Origin: Stegostoma tigrinum
Lineage: Eukaryota
Assembly: GCF_030684315.1 (NCBI RefSeq)
Contig: NC_081387.1
Location: forward strand, 5,498,497 to 5,562,496
Direction of reading: 5' to 3'
Length of the DNA stretch: 64,000 nt
Shown: piece after piece, positions 62,057 to 64,000 of the stretch
Layout: each line of letters opens with the position of its first letter
How positions within the stretch are numbered: position 1 is the first letter of the stretch
Notes under the pieces: model-generated
What the model was told of the DNA's origin: nothing
What the model saw: the letters and a program-made list of their open reading frames with translations, nothing else
Database searches by the model: none
Program-made: the position numbers and the translations under genes

Positions 62057-62989
62057 TGTAAAGACCATTTTTATTTTTTCCACCTGTGAACTAAGAGTGG
62101 GGAAAGGAATTGCTTCAAACAAGGAAGCTATGTACGAAGGTATTAGTAGCAGGTTACTAGAACACGTTCTGATTTGTATTTACAATGTTGCTTTTCCCAG
62201 CGGTATGGTAGAATTCTAAAAACATCAGTGTGTGTGGTGTGTGGTGTCATACGGTATGTGTTCAGGACAATTCTGCTCAGAGACAATCATTTGATTGCTT
62301 TTTCTCAGTTGACTGGTTGTGTGGGTTCAGAAGAGCTCAGCATAGCAACAACTTCTTGATTAGTTCCTGTATAGGCTCTAGCCTTGTACATAGACAATGA
62401 AGAAGCTTCCAGCCTGCAAAGAGAAAACACCTAAATCTTTCCTTCTCTGTCTCATATTCTCACTTATAATTTCCCCGCAAATTGTTCTCTCTGCAGATTC
62501 TCTTGTGGAAAAGAAGAGAAAAAAAAACACCTCCAGATGCACAGAATTCTGAAAGCGTGAATGAAAGGTAGAGTCAATTTACCCACAACCTTATGTCATT
62601 AGCACAGAATTGGAAGGATATCATTTAGGATCCAGACTGATGCCTGGATTGTGCTTCTCCGACAGTTTTTTTTTGTCTCCACCTATGATATTTGTGACTT
62701 GTTTCTTTGTGTATCTGTATGTGTATGGGAATTTTAAAAGGGGGTAGAGTTTAAGTTATAGAATTATAAGTTAGCAATTGATATTTCTTTCTTGCTATTG
62801 GTCAAAAAAAGTTTGATTATAATAAATAATTATTTTCTTGTTAATGAAAAACCTGATGTGCATAATCTTTTAACCTGTGTTACATGGTTAATCTGGGCAA
62901 TTTGTGGTTTACTCAAATTTTCACGTTTGTGATGACTCTGGGAATATTGAGGCTTGGTTTCCAGCACGATACCCCTGTGACTCATGACA
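62057..62989 (+). mobile_element. Probable solo LTR inserted into a CR1 fragment
   Basis: TG...CA ends, AATAAA at 62821, imperfect 4-bp TSD AGGT/AGTT; the CR1 sequence (GGLIKV|FKI) resumes after it. Confidence 0.55.
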
Positions 62990-63114
62990 AGTTGTTCAAA
63001 ATCTGGAGGGGCATAGGTAGAGTGCATAGGGAGAAACTGTTTCCCATTCATGGAAAGATGAAAAACCAGGGGTCACCCATTTATTGGGACTGGCAAAGTG
63101 AGTGAAAATTGTGC

Positions 63115-63540
63115 CCATAATGGCTCAGTTGGTAGCAAATCTTGCATCTTAGTCGCCCGGGGTTTGGCTTCAAGTTGCACTGTGGGCCTCAAACACAAAA
63201 CTCAGAGCTGATTGATGCTCCAGTAGAGTATTGAGAAAGTTTTGCTGCTGGCTGAAGGTGTCATCTTTTGAATAACATGTGAAACTAAAACCCCACCTGC
63301 CTATATGGATTTTTAGGCTCAATTTTGAAGAAAAATGGGGATATTTGTCCTAATATCCTGCCAAAATATATCCCTTATCTAGCATGACAGAAACAGATGA
63401 TCTGATATGGTCAAATTTCTGTCTGGGGAAGTTAGTTGGCTGCCACATTTTCCGCATTGCAACAGTTCTGCAATTCATAAGCACTTGTGCTTTTAGACAT
63501 TTGCTGGTTGCGAAAATCCCTATAAAAATGCAAATTTTTA
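63115..63540 (+). mobile_element. Deu/SacSINE-type SINE remnant
   Basis: TGGCTCAGTTGGTAGC head, conserved core, CTATAAAAATGCAA tail. Confidence 0.7.
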
Positions 63541-63609
63541 CTTTTAAAATTGGTGAGTAGTTATATTCTGGAAAGCGCTTCCAGAGGGTGTAGTGGAGAC
63601 AGATTTAGC

Positions 63610-63985
63610 TAAGGCACATCCACCACTTCCTCCGGATGTTCATTCCTCTGTGTAAAAAAACTTGTTCCCCCATCTTCTTTAAATTTCTCTTCTCACCTTA
63701 AAAACATGCTTCCAGTCATGAAATCTGCCGTCCTTGCAAAAAGACACCTACTATCAACCCTATCTATACCTTTTGTGACTTGTAAACCTCTAATAACATC
63801 ACTTCTCAATCTCCTACGTGCCTGTAAAAAAAGGTCCCAACTTATCCAGCTTTTCTTTATAACTCAAACCCGGCATCATCATCTCTTCTGAATTCTCAGG
63901 AGCTTAATAATTTCCTTCTTAGGCCAGGAAAATTAAAACTGGACGCAGAATTCCAGAAGAGGCCTCACCAATTTCCACTACATGG
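63610..63985 (-). mobile_element. CR1 LINE 3' fragment
   Basis: Reverse-strand LVRPLLEFCVQF..RGDVIRG. Confidence 0.85.
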
Positions 63986-64000
63986 CTTCCTTCTGTGTTG

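Noticed and set aside
59170-64000. Alpha1 or leader exon of gene B
   Set aside because: No YDS/YW/NQT-type exon found; the region is LINE/LTR/SINE debris.

Overview
Repeat-rich eukaryotic DNA, almost certainly from a shark (CR1 LINEs, HE1/V-SINEs, Deu-type SINEs and Penelope-derived elements; an orectolobiform shark is my guess, not shown). It holds two tandem, minus-strand, non-classical MHC class I heavy-chain genes about 30 kb apart. Gene A is complete: leader 37769-37718, alpha1 31387-31127, alpha2 28664-28389, alpha3 28271-27993, TM 27345-27238, cytoplasmic 17816-17701. All introns are phase-1 GT-AG and the product is 363 aa, with an X/Y/CCAAT promoter module upstream. Gene B shows alpha2 59168-58893, alpha3 58774-58496, TM 53797-53678 and cytoplasmic 47170-46944; its alpha1 and leader were not found and probably lie beyond the right edge. 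Both genes lack the alpha2 disulfide (C101/C164) and have Arg at HLA-equivalent positions 99, 167 and 171. Each has separately truncated the same long acidic, dileucine-ended cytoplasmic tail, A by a nonsense change and B by a 1-bp frameshift. The rest is transposon debris: CR1/L2, Penelope, Gypsy, Harbinger and SINEs. It includes many Penelope-derived short and fold-back insertions carrying minimal hammerhead-ribozyme motifs, two local inverted duplications and two minisatellites. HLA numbering and identities come from manual alignment; repeat boundaries are approximate.
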